Shown here: in pieces, positions 51,615-64,000 of the stretch
How the letters are laid out: each line of letters starts with the position of its first letter
Position numbering within the stretch: the first letter of the stretch is position 1
NCBI GenBank assembly: GCA_043228905.1
Contig: JBHGNT010000006.1
Location: forward strand, 7,502,001-7,566,000
Length of the DNA: 64,000 nucleotides
DNA from: Azolla caroliniana
Taxonomy: Eukaryota; Plantae; Polypodiophyta
Direction of reading: 5' to 3'
Made by a program: the position numbers and the translations under genes
The notes under the pieces: generated by a model
The model's input: only the letters and a program-made list of their open reading frames with translations
Databases searched by the model: none
What the model was told of the DNA's origin: nothing

Positions 51615-52287
51615 AAGTTCCATATTCTCATATTTTTTTCAATAAGTATTTGTATTCATTCAAATACTTTTGGTGATTTATACTTGAGTCCATCCAAACT
51701 CGTAAGGTACTTTCAAGCTTCATCACATTCATTACCTTTGAACTACACTTCCAAATACCTTTAGAAGGTATGTGTTTGTCTAAACACACTTGAGAGAGAG
51801 AGAGACAGTTATTGACCTATATTAGAATTATGGCTTATCAATCAAAGTTGGCAACAAATTGAGTAACAAAAAGGCCTATATATATATATATATATATACT
51901 AATCGGTCTATTTAAAATGTAGCCTACCAATTAAATTTTGCAAGAACACGTGGACTCTTGGAAAAAAAGGACCTATAAAGTTAACACGTGAAAGACATTA
52001 TTAAGAAGCTTTTGATGTTCATGGAAGCGACCACATTATGACCTTTGAGGACAGGAGAAGGGTCTTGTTGTTAATATGTGTGACCACATAAATTTTCTCT
52101 ATGCTTTATATTTATCTCCTTCAAACACTTGTACGTACATACGTACATACATAACATACATGCAAATGTTCATACATACATACATACATAATTTGTTCAA
52201 TCCCTACATTTAACATGAATATTGATTTAAATCAATGAGAATATTGAGATTTGAGCCCAACAACATGGGTAAATAAAAAATCCTCAC

Positions 52288-52542
52288 CATAGTACGTAAT
52301 ATACTCGAATGCATTGGCAAACATTCGTTTCATACGAATGAAAACGAATGTGTATGCTATCAAAACATTCTTATGTTTTTCTTTTACATTTTTTACCTTA
52401 ACTTTCTTACCTTAAAGTAAATTTTACCTTATAATAAATAATGAATACAAAAGTATGGTATTTACCATACTTCGAGGGTGTTCACCACACATGAATGATT
52501 GGAACGTTCGTGAATGCGAATGCACGTATGGTTCATACTATG
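52288..52542. mobile_element. hAT-type MITE upstream of the MFS gene
   Basis: TIR CATAGTA...TACTATG with degenerate internal inverted extension; 8-bp TSD atcctcac (52280-52287) / atcctctc (52543-52550). Confidence 0.7.
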
Positions 52543-53374
52543 ATCCTCTCCAAGTGACAAAGAAAGAGAGCATTGTTTTAGGGCTATATCATATCAATTA
52601 GCCCAAATTTTTATTAATGTGTACGCGCACATGGGTTCAATATCAATACATATATGCATTATTTTACTAGATGCATCACGCCATAGCCAGATCGTCGAGA
52701 TTGATGTTCTTGCCACTACGAAACAATCATACCGATTGAGCTGCAACCATAGGGACAAAAAAAAGGCAAATTTCTACACACATGCTCTCTCTTTTTGTCC
52801 AAACACATAAAAAAGACATCCTACAATCCATATAACTTCGCGCATAACATCGGCCCAAGATTCAAGTTGTTAGCCAACATAGTGTTTTTCTTTTACACCA
52901 TCTAGTAGGGGGCGAAGATAAATGGTGGCTAGTCTTGAGAGAAGTTGTATGTGGTTGATGGATGGGTGTGTTTAGGGCCGAGCCTAGAGAGCGAGTATCA
53001 TGATGCTGCTCAGGGACGAGTCCGGAGAAAGATACCATAGTTAGTTGGAAAGAGACCGTAGTTAGTTAGAAAGATAAATAGATAGATATGTGTGTATGTA
53101 TGTATGTTATGTACATCCTTTTCTTCAAGGAAGGAAGTGTAGTATGTATTGGATCTCACACAATCACAACACATGTACATATAGAGCCAGATAAAAAGTG
53201 AACAATTCTGCAATGCTCTGTTCTCTGTTCTCTCTGATAGTGCCAGAGAGACACATAGAGAGAGAGAGAGAGAGAGAGTGAAACACACACACACAGATCT
53301 TTCTCTACCAAGATTGAGACAGGCAAGGAGATAGAGTCTGGCAGATAGAGAAGAGGTACAGAGAGAAGAGTGAG

Positions 53375-56085
53375 ATGGATGACTCAAAGGCTGAGGAGAC
53401 CAAGAAGCTGATCAAGTGGGCTGGGTTAGTGGCAGCCATCTGGGTCCAAGCATTTGCTGGGAACACATTCGCATATGCCAACTACTCGGCAACCCTCAAA
53501 TCGGAGCTTGAGCTCAACCAAGTTGAGCTCAACTACCTGGCTCTCTCCAAAGACTTCGGCGAGAATGTGGGTCTCCTCGCCGGGATCCTGTGTAACCATG
53601 TCCCTCCCTGGGTCATCCTCTCCATAGCTGCTCTCGAAGGATTGCTCGGTTTCGGCTCGCTCTGGCTTGTCGCGAGTAAAACCATTGCCTCTCGCCCTCT
53701 TTGGCAGGTTCTTTGTCCCTTTTTCCTTTTCCCTCTTTGTGTCTTTGTTTGGTTTGGAACTTTTCTGTTTATATCTTTTTGTATGTTGATTTGTTGTTTT
53801 CTTTTAGAATGGACTTCTATGAGCATTACTTAGGGTAGCATTCACAGAAACTTAGGGTAGGTAAACATGAGAATCCCAAAAGAAAACTCAAGAAGGCCAT
53901 GTCATGGATGATTTCTATTTCCTTAATGAATGGAGGTTGTGTATGTGTGGTGCCCGTGCTCATCTGATCATTAGATTCGTACCATATTGGGATATTGGAG
54001 GTTTCATTTGAGGGTTAATGGAGATGTTGATGTTGGAGCCAAGTGCCACTACATTTTAATACCAAATGTAAACTTCAAAAGCAAATGGGCATGTGTTATA
54101 CCTGTTAATCTCATGTTGTCATAATTATTTGCAGCATTTATTATTCTGTATAATGCCAGTAAATGTCAAAAACTTGAATTTTCATGTGCTTTGACAAATT
54201 GAAATTCTCTCTTTCTTTAAGGTAAAATGTGAGTTCAAACAAGGGAAACATGTAATGCTGACCCTTTTTTTTTCTTCATATTCTACTTTCATGTTGGAAC
54301 ACAAAATATTTAGCATTTTGCGTATTCCATAATGCTATTAAATCTCAGTGAAAAAATGTGGCTCTTACTTTCTTTCACCTCTTTGTATGGAAATATGATA
54401 ATATGTGTTCCTAGATTTAGTGTCATTTCTTTCATAATGCCACTAAATCTCTGTAAATCATGTGTGTGGTGGGTATTCCAGATGTGTGTAGCCATTTTTG
54501 TGGGCGGGAACAGCATGACATGGTTCAACACTGCTGTTTTGGTCACATGCATGCGAAACTTCCCAAAGAGTCGTGGCACTATTGTTGGGTTCCTTAAGGG
54601 TTTTATCGGCTTGAGTGGTGCCATTTTCACTCAAATCTTCATCTCATTACTGAGTAGTGATGGGGTCCAGCTACTCCTTTTCCTTGCCATCGGGCCGGCT
54701 CTCATTTGCTTTTTCTGTATGGGCTTTATCCGACCTGTGCCACCTGCTGGAGGAGCATCTTATGCTGAGATTGAGGAAGAGCATCGGCAATTCCACTTCA
54801 TATATATCGTTTCCATTGCTCTTGCAATTTATTTGTTCGCGGTCGTCTTCATAGATGAGCTCTTCCCGAACTCTCTAGCTTTGGTTATAGCAGTTATTAT
54901 CATGTTCATTTTTCTATTATCGCCCATAGTTGTTCCACTAAGAATTGGTCTCCAAATTGTATTCTTCAAGAAGAGTAGGGTTGGAGATGCAATTAATGAT
55001 GGTTTCCTGGATTTAAGGATGAAAAGAGTGTCAGAAGAAAAAAATGCCGATATTCTCTTAGCCTATGGTGAAGGTGCGAAGAAGATCAAGAAGGGGCCTC
55101 GGAGAGGAGAAGATTTTGATCTCAAACAAGCACTTGTGAAAGCAGACTTTTGGCTTTTGTTTTTCGCGTTCTTCTGTGGAGTAGGGACAGCAGTGACGGC
55201 AAATAATAATTTAAGTCAACTCTCTGAGGCTCAAGGTTACACTGGCGTCTCCACGTTTGTATTGCTTTCGAGTATTTGGGGATTCATAGGGAGACTCGGA
55301 GGTGGCGCGCTATCAGAGTACTTCGTTAAGTACGTATATATTATATATTATAGTGTGTTTTCTCATCACTGTTTTAATTTATTGTTTGTTTATTATTTTT
55401 CCACTTTGTCTAATATGAGTATATATGTTATCATAACAGAGATAATGATCTATTTGGCTTTGAGATAATGGGCATATCGATCATTCCTCGACCTGTGTGG
55501 ATTGGAATTGCCCAACTCTTAATGGTTGTTACTCATCTTCTCTTTGCCTTTGCCATTCCGAACACTCTTCATATTGCCTCATCTCTCATGGGTCTTTGCT
55601 ATGGCATTCAAATTGCTGTGATCGTTCCCACAATTTCAGAAATATTTGGTTTGCGACATTTTGGAATGCTCTACAACTTCATTACACTTGCGGACCCCGT
55701 TGCATCATTTGTTTTCTCGACCCTTTTGACGGGAAACCTTTATGATCTCGAGGTATTCCGACAATATGGTATAGCTACATCTGAGCTCATATGCACTGGG
55801 GCACATTGCTTTCGTGTTGCATTTATTGTGATGGCTGGCATATGTGTGATGGGAGCTCTTTCATGTATACTTTTGACTTATAGGCTTTACCCAGTGTATA
55901 AGACACTCTCTGAACAGTTTCAGAGTTCTTCTTACACGTCTCTTCCCTCCGACACTTCTGCTCTGTCGCCCCGGTCTCCTGTTGGCTCATTTGCTTCTCT
56001 CCTTCCGACCTCTTTCTCATTCCCAAAAGTCTCTTCATCGACATCAATTGCACAAGAATACGTGACAGATGATGATCTTCATTGA
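53375..56085 (+). CDS. Nodulin-like / NFD4-family major facilitator superfamily protein (3 exons, ~608 aa)
   Basis: Exons 53375-53707, 54482-55329, 55440-56085 (GT-AG, phases 0 and 2). Motifs KWAGLVAAIWVQAFAGN..F..YS..LK, KDFGENVGL, GGNSMTWFNTAVLVTCMRNFPKSRG, GPRRGEDF.LKQAL..ADFWLLF, SEIFGLRHFG, CTGAHCF. Confidence 0.95.
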
Positions 56086-59000
56086 TGGATGGACGATCAG
56101 TATGTCAATTCGCACCTGACAATTTTTGCTTATTTTGTCATTGGAGCAAACCTTGACATGAGATATTTCATAAAAACCGTTCTAGATCTTTTTACTCCAA
56201 ACATGAAATTTCAGATTTTAAAGTTACTACAACAAAGAGATGGAGTGAAGACATTTTTCGTATGTATTATGTACATTATTATTTTTACTTTGGTATTAAC
56301 ACAATAATACCGAAGAACCATGAGCAATTGCTCCCTATGCATGCTATTGCATAATGACTCAAATTAGCATACCTCTCTTGGATAATGATTTATGATGACA
56401 CCCCAATAATTCCCTATGATACAATCTGCTTGTTCTTTTGAATAATTTTGTTGTCCTGAACATTATTACGAATCCAACATTTCATTTAGTCTTCATAATG
56501 GTGATGTATCGCAAGATTATGACATTTCACTTAATCTTCATAACAGTGATGTATCTCAAGATTATGTTCTTGTGTATCTTGATCCCCATCGCTACCAAGA
56601 AGAGCCACTTCAATTATGCCCACTTAAAACTACACGTTTTGGTTCCAAAAATTTGTTGCATGTTTCACTTCAAGAATAATTATCATCCATCAATGTGACG
56701 TACCGATCATTCAAAATCCACGTAGTCAAATGTGCTAGTAGTGGATGGTTATAATTATTTTTCAAAATGTAAACTTAAACAACCCAGAATGAAATTTACT
56801 GAAAACACTTTGAATGGTGAAAACCAGTAGATGATCATCCACAGAAAAAAAACATGGAAAACAAACTAGTTGAAATATTTATAAAAGGACAAACACTGCA
56901 ATCCTCAGCAAGTTACACCACGTAGGAAAGTGAAGAATTTTGAGGTGAAGGACACTCCATCCTGGAAGTTGCATACTGACAACTGAGGAATATTGCAATT
57001 TTATATTTGGGATGCTGTCATTTCCAAATGCAGCTTTATAGATGGGCAGTTATGGTGAGCCAAACTGTTTAGTGCAATTAAGAAACTCATTTTCTGAAAA
57101 AGATAGGGAGGTAGAGATTGATTCAAGAGGATGTCCACTCATATATGTGAATACATATCTGTTTTTTTTATCAATTGGTGAAATGGTGGGAAACATTTAA
57201 ACAAAACAGCTAAAAAATATGAAAACAAAAGAAAGTGCTCGTTCTTCTCATGAGTGATTATATATAGCTCTTCCAAGGAAAACACCAAGATAAGCCTAAC
57301 ATAGCATGAAAGTTTTTCATAGATACCACACAAATGGATGGGAGGATGTGCAAATTTGCATACAGATCAAAGAAAGCATATGGGAGGATGATGTTGAGTA
57401 TGAGTAGATCAGATCCAATGTGTCATTAAAATACATACGGAATGATTTCAGAGTGTTCACTTGCAAAATTTGCATAACTAGTATGTATATGGTTTAGTGG
57501 TGATTGGACATTGTATTCGAGGGAATGATGAAGGTGAACAAGTGCATTTGGTTGTACAAACCAAATATGGCAAGCATTGATCTCTATGATCTCGTGATGG
57601 TATGTCCCATGTGTCTTATATCCTAGTGATTGTGGTCTATGTTTTTAGGATTCCTCTCTACACTCTATGGTATTTTGCCTATAGAAGTCTAGATAAATTC
57701 TTTTGGCTTTAGATGTTCAAATTGTGTCTTGCTTTGATTTCTGGTTGTTGGGAGGAATCATTTCTCTCAAATAGATCAATAGGATGGTCTTTTTTATACA
57801 TCATATGCGTACACTTCCATGGGCTAAGCATGTGACTTGATAAGAATTTACAATTTGACCTCACACTTGCATGAAGTACATATTACAATGAGCGAGACTT
57901 TACAGAAACCATTTGGAGATTTGAATACCTGTAACACTATTACAACACTACAATACCTGTAACATAATATATAAAGATTTGATGAAAACACCAAAATACA
58001 CCCAACATGTCACAATCCTCAGACTACTTGTCACAGTAATCACAGTTGTACTTACAAAGCTAATGCAACATATAAAGTTTTGGGGTAAGTACCAAAACAC
58101 CCTTAACTGGCATATAAAGATTCGCAGAAAGAAAACACCACAATAGCCCTACTGTAGCTTTTTATGTATTGCAAAATGCACCTAAACTTGTTCAAGCATA
58201 TTTACCTTGTCCAGAATATATATAGTCATACCCTAAAGTTTATCACTTTCCTACTTTTGTATCAATTAACTTGTTCCTACTGGTGTCTATTCTTACCGTT
58301 TAGGGCTTTTAAGTTTCAAATATCTAACCCTGTCTTTCTATGTATTTCTAAAGCTACAGAAGCCTTTTAGCCCACCTTAGAAAAGCCTTCTTTGTTGTGT
58401 GTGTGTATGTGTGTATGTACAAAGACAATACAACACATATCACTGAGGAAGGAATCTAAGCCTTCATAGAATACCAATCATAGAAATGGGATATATCACC
58501 TATAATCAGAACTTACATGAACAGTTCAGATAGTTTGAAGTAATCCTCTGGCACACAGTCTTCTATGAGTTTTGGTTATTAACTTAGCCTGTCACAATTT
58601 CTCTTCATCGTACACCCCTCTTATAAGTAGGCATTTATGGAAACTTAGAAAATGCCCCGCTTCCTTGGGATGTACACTTTCTGCCGAAGCAAACGACACA
58701 TCAGAGAAATTCAGCAGTAATATTCATTGTTAGAATAATGATGATATCTGCCCATCTACATAATGAGGCAATTTTTTTTATTCTCATAGAACTGCGAGAA
58801 TGCATTGAATTAGTGTAGCATGTGATTTTGAAAAAAAATCACATCATGAAGAAATTTTGAAAAAATACAACAACCCACTATCTTACTGTCTTGGGTTATC
58901 AGTCATCTTTACACAGCCATTTAGACATCTTCGCAAAGAGAATTCCAAAAGGCGGTCTCTACTATCCATCGTCAGGACTCAGAACACCTCTGTTGATGGA

Positions 59001-59112
59001 GAAAATGTACAACGCAAACACACAAGTCAATAAATTCATCACTCAACTTGAAGCAGAGAGATGGCCTCCTGATTTTCATGGAATCTTCGATTCAATATTC
59101 AGAGTGGCAACA

Positions 59113-62100
59113 CTAGCACTTGGTTTCATGAACTTCCTTGTTCAAGTCAAATCCAAACGTGGGTTTGTGTAACATATATTGTAACTGTATTCTTAACTCA
59201 TGAACAAGAGCTAGACATTCCTCGGTCGGAACAATCCTGGCAACTATAATGGCAGCAAAGTATACCTTCCTAACTGCTTCCACTTGGGAAACTTGAGACT
59301 CTGTATGTGTGCTACCCACAACATCAATCTGAGATACCGAACTATCAGGAATGCCCTGTAAAATGAAGCAAAAACAATATCTTCTTAAGTTTTGGAAACA
59401 CTTGAATAGACGCCTTTCTAGTACCCGTGTATCACACATAACAAACACTTTTTACTTAGCATCTATCTACTATCATTTATTCAACCATTATTTAAATCTA
59501 TCTGTTTATGAAGGCCACATGATATGTATAGGCCTTGTAGTTGTTGATCACTTTTAGTTAGTGCAATAAGAGGCTGGGCATGATTGCTGTGTGATTTGCA
59601 TATAATGCAAAGTATCTAATGGTATTCACTAAATTAGCGGGAATGAACAGATAAATGAAAAATTACCTCCAATGCTTGACCACGCTTCCCTGCATTTATC
59701 TCCATCTGCCATCGTAGAGCTGCGATCTCACATCGTAGAACATTAAGCTCTTCCTCATTGCTTGCATTCCTTCTTGTCATCAATGCGCAAGTCTCTTCTG
59801 CATCATGCATGCGCTTTTGTATGCTTTCTATCTCATTCTACATATACGTAGACCAAAATTAGCAGGTATATGGATGCTTTTGAGCACTTTATTACATTAT
59901 ACATAAGTATAACATATAAAAGCTTCCATTCAATGGACATCAAATTCCTGTCGCCATCAGAGTATGGATTTCCCACATATGAGTTGACAAATTGAAAAAG
60001 CAAAAGAGAAGAGGGTACTTCTCATATTTCCCAGGATACAATGTTTCAACATTATAAGCTTTGGAAACAGCAGCTGCTACCTGGCTAGGTACACTAATCC
60101 TCTCACATACACAACCATAATACTAGGTCCTAATCTGCAAAGTGGGAAAACGCCTGAGACTTCTTGTGCTATATCGATCACCCTTAGGGTAAATAACACC
60201 TCTTTATTACTACCCTCCACAGGAATCAATATGTAATGGGGAAATGCTTAAAAGTCATCATGATGTATCTAATGTCCGCCATCTTGGTAAAATTACACCT
60301 CTTTTATTTAGTGGCAAAGTGAGAATCAATATATTGGAAAGATCTAGTGCGATAATCACACGTAAAATGACACGCCTTAATCCACTGTGTAGAAATTAAC
60401 TGCATTGTGATCTATAGATCATTCTTAGTGTAAACTTCACCTCTTTATGCTGGAGAAGCTCCCTTGCTGATGCCCATTGCATATCTTTTTCGGCTAGTTG
60501 CCGTTGTAGCTCTTCGATGTGAGCAGACAACCTTATGACTTCAGAATTTCCATCACTGTTTTGCTTTGCATGTTGATAGCAAATTTCTAACATTCCTTCT
60601 CGAGTAGCAAGCCTACGCTCTAGCTCTTCGACTTGACCTCGAAGCTTAACTATTTCCATTTCATTATCATCATTAGGAACTCTTCGAGATGATATATCCT
60701 CAACTGTGACTTTCCTTATAAAACCACCTTTCTGAGCCCCAGAAGTCATAGTATCATCAATGCTATTTTTTCTTCGAGAATTCTTTAAATTCCTCATCCA
60801 ATTTGCAACCTGCAATTAGTTTATATAGCAGTTTATTATGTGCAATGAAAGAATGTGATTTGTTATACTAGCAGTCGTTGTTTATCCCTTCTCATGCATG
60901 CTTACACAATTAGAAGTTAATTACAGCTACACCGCTCATCAGCTTCTAATACTGTAGTTATGTGGATGACCAATAATAATGATGATGACCGCGTTCTTCA
61001 TTCCTACCTTCTTCGTTTGTTCATCTCTTGATGGAGCTCGAGTATAAACCATGGCAGCGTGGTGCTGAAAGTTCCCTCGGCTACCATCCTCAGACGTTTC
61101 CTGATACCACAAATTCGAAAAGGTAAAGCAGCCAAAAAAGTAAAGGAAAGAAGCAAAAGAGCAAATTTGCGGTAGCTGATAAAATGACAATGATGGTGAT
61201 ACATTGTGACCGATGAAATGAAACGGCAAGCATCAAATGTATTGTGAGATGAAATGCCAATGAACTAATCTATTGTAATACTAGAAAAAAAAATACACAA
61301 GGTCTTCAGCTAGATACCATCAGAGATCTGATGAGAGGAAACATTTCTACGAGGTTCTGATATACTTCGTTCTCACTCTCATTTGGATTCTCAGGCTTAT
61401 TAGAAAACTCTTTTGGCAGTGGTTTTGTGTCCGTTTTTTTACTAAATACAGTATTCTCCTTCCAGTCATGGAAAGGAAGATTTTGAGGTCTGTGAGAAGA
61501 AGAGGAAGAAGAGGAAGAGGGATGCTGATCCAACTTCATATCGGATAAGTTCCGGCGAGCTTGGTAGACGTGGAGATCTGAGGATGTTAAACGCGGTAGA
61601 TTACTCATTCGACAGGAGCCTGGGCTTCTCGAATATCTATGGAGACGACAAGAATGAGAGCTGAGAGGAGAGTCAGCCTGCCTTTGTTCTTGTCCTGAGC
61701 TTCTGTTAAAGACAGAAGAAGACGAAGAAGGATATAGAAAGCTCGACTCTTTGTTGGCTATGTCAGACAAGGAGGGAGATCTTCTGCGCCATGCTAAGAA
61801 GTCGTGAGGTAGAAGGTCTTCACGAATGCGAGGACGAGAATATTCACCATCGCTGCAGCTAGAGCTGTCAGCAGAGCTGTGTTCCTGTTGCTTTGGTCTA
61901 GAATCACTAATAAGTTTTTGTGTTTCTTCTGTTTCCTGATCCTTTTCTCGTTCTTCCACTTTCATTATCCGAGTTTGACGAGGCTTCTGCTGCAATGGCG
62001 ACTGATGAAAGCGGACAGAACTATTTTCTTCGTCTTCCGCTTTCTTTATGAGCGTTCTGCGAAGCTTTTGCTGCAACGGCGACTGGGAACAAGGAAGAAA

Positions 62101-62568
62101 TTCTTCTTCGCCTTCGTTCTTCCGAACCACATGATTTATCATACTGCCATGAAGCTTTTGCTGCAATGGCGACATATAATACCTGGGAGAAAATTCTTCT
62201 TCTTCTTCTTCTTCTTCTTCTTCTTCTTCTTCTTCTTCTTCTTCTTCTTCTTCTTCTTCTTCTTCTGCTTCTGCTTCTGCTTCTGCTTCTTCTTCTTCTA
62301 CTACTACTACTTTCTTCTCTTCCACTTTCTTTATCAGAGTTCCTCGAAGCTTTTGGTGCTGTAATGACGATTGAGAAAAACGAGTATAATTTGATTCTTC
62401 TTCCTCATCCTCATCATCCTCATCATCGTCTTCTTCTCGTTCTGGTTCTCTCTCGGATTCCTGTGTCCTGATCACAGTTCGTCGAAGATTTTGGCGGCGC
62501 GATGGGGGATCCGCAGGACGTGGAGAGGGGGGGAATCTGGTGAGGGGTTCATTCTTCATTGTGGCCAT
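59113..62568 (-). CDS. MBP2C: Microtubule-binding protein 2C (MBP2C)-like with long acidic/repetitive N-terminal extension (5 exons, ~708 aa)
   Basis: Exons 62568-61318, 61100-61008, 60809-60441, 59837-59667, 59355-59113 (all phase 0, GT-AG). Core motifs VYQNLVEMFPLIRSLM, MVYTRAPSR, coiled coil LRGQVEELERRL...EELQRQLAEKD, and C-terminal EAVRKVYFAAI..AR..PTEECL...LR..LQ match what I recall of MBP2C. Confidence 0.8.
62194..62297 (-). repeat. (GAA)n / (GCAGAA)n coding repeat, poly-Glu
   Basis: About 24 consecutive GAA codons preceded by EAEAEAEA in exon 1 of the MBP2C-like gene. Confidence 0.95.
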
Positions 62569-62583
62569 GCATGCATATGGGAG

Positions 62584-62586
<3 letters not shown>

Positions 62587-62642
<56 letters not shown>
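62587..62642. repeat. (GA)n microsatellite in the 5' UTR of the MBP2C-like gene
   Basis: Pure GA run ~20 bp upstream of the ATG. Confidence 0.95.
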
Positions 62643-62645
<3 letters not shown>

Positions 62646-64000
62646 AGAGGAAATGAGCAGAGCAGAGCAGAGATGGCAATGGTTCTCTCTCCCTCTCTGT
62701 TGACTCAGTTCTCTCTGCGTCGGCCAAGAAAATGGGGGGAAATTTCGAAAGACAAAGATGTTGTTGCATACACAAAACAAGGAAGCAAAGAGAGAGAGAG
62801 AGAGAGAGAGAACCCCGTCTTCCGTCTTCCGTCTTCTGGGGCGACTTTCCTTCACCTGTTGTTGGATATGGCGGGCTTTTGTGTACAACCCAAATATGAA
62901 GAAGGAGAAGAAAGAAGATGGTGAATCCTGATGATAATGGGGATGGATTCATGTAAGGAGAATTGTTGAGTTTCTTGATGTGTAGATTCTGCCGCTCTAT
63001 ATGTAGTATAATGCAGCATTGTTGATACCCCTAAGTTGATACCACTCCCTTAGCCTCCTCTATGTCCATTTTGTTATTACCTAACCTAAGCTACCCATAG
63101 ACACAACATCGACACACACACACATACACGGATTCGAGATACCATTATTGACGATGTCTCCACCCAAGATAGACTAGATTTAGAATGTGTTGTAAGAGAA
63201 CACAAGAAGTATGGGTGGGATTCGAAAATGACCATTGGTCAAGACACTGAGATCACTCAAAGTCATCATGCATCAATGTTGTGTTGAAGTCAAGGTCTAA
63301 CATCAAGATTGATTGTGTGTGTGTGTCGAGAATGTATCTGGAAGCCATTTATAGTTGGTTGTTCAAAATCTAGTTGATTGGCGATTGGTGAATCACCAAC
63401 TTCCCCACTTCAATTTGTAGCATTGGAAGATATTCAACATTAGCATCCAAAATGTGTTGGTCCTGAACACTCTTGAATTGAATGTTGCATCATGATTCAT
63501 CATCAATAAGTGGTTTTATGATATTTTGGTGCATCATTAGGCGATTTAGCAAGCACTAGGAATGGGGCATCATTCTTAATCACAACAAGTGTAAAATAGG
63601 GAATCAACACAATGAGGATTGGAGATACACAATTATGAGGTATGTGATGGTGTGATTGTTGTGTATCGACTCATACTATAATGTGGTAAGATCAGGCCAT
63701 TACACCATCAAGATTCAACAAGAACAAGTGGACTTGTCCAATGTAACCCTAGAAATCACATTGTTCAAAGATATGCTCTAGCCAAGACATGTGCATCCAT
63801 TGATGGATTGAAAAAAAATGGGGTCTATGATGGTTAGTGTGGTTTACACATTCAAATGCAACGTTTATGGTATACATGTGAAACTTCAACCTCCAAACCT
63901 ATTCAAAGATGCTGGCATGGCATTATGTGCATGCACAAGAATGCAAGGTTCTTTCACAAAAAGATAGAGCCAACTTTTGTACTTACAACTACATGACAAT

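Noticed and set aside
54332-54481. N-terminal part of the 378-aa ORF
   Set aside because: Intron read-through; the true exon starts at the ccAG acceptor at 54482
61879-62952. Poly-Phe, poly-Leu and RE-repeat ORFs
   Set aside because: Antisense or alternative-frame shadows of the (GAA)n coding tract and (GA)n microsatellites
63000-64000. Possible retroelement remnant at the window end
   Set aside because: No identifiable domain, termini or TSD within the window

Overview
Eukaryotic land-plant nuclear DNA, TE-rich and with spliceosomal introns. The divergent proteins and large TE-filled introns suggest a seed-free plant such as a fern, but this is inference. Five protein-coding genes were reconstructed by hand with phase-consistent GT-AG junctions: mitochondrial-type ribosomal protein bS21 (-), mitochondrial Rieske Fe-S subunit of cytochrome bc1 (+), a plastid-targeted metallo-beta-lactamase-fold protein (-), a Nodulin-like/NFD4-type MFS protein (+) and an MBP2C-like microtubule-binding protein with a long repetitive acidic N-terminal extension (-). 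Introns and intergenic DNA hold a full-length Copia element (TG...TA termini, 5-bp TSD), a young 5'-truncated L1 with a 15-bp TSD, degenerate Copia/Gypsy/LINE remnants, hAT-type MITEs and tandem repeats. Four features stand out. (i) The bS21 intron contains three retrotransposon-derived inverted repeats, including a ~600-bp-arm Copia gag foldback that is a candidate Mu-killer-like hairpin silencer. (ii) A Gypsy int-PPT-LTR-TAT-LTR-PBS-gag arrangement resembles an integrated 2-LTR circle. (iii) An intronic minisatellite appears to be built from copies of the host gene's own exon/donor junction. (iv) The MBP2C extension carries an SPLQQKLRRTLI repeat. All identities were judged by eye and no database searches were run.
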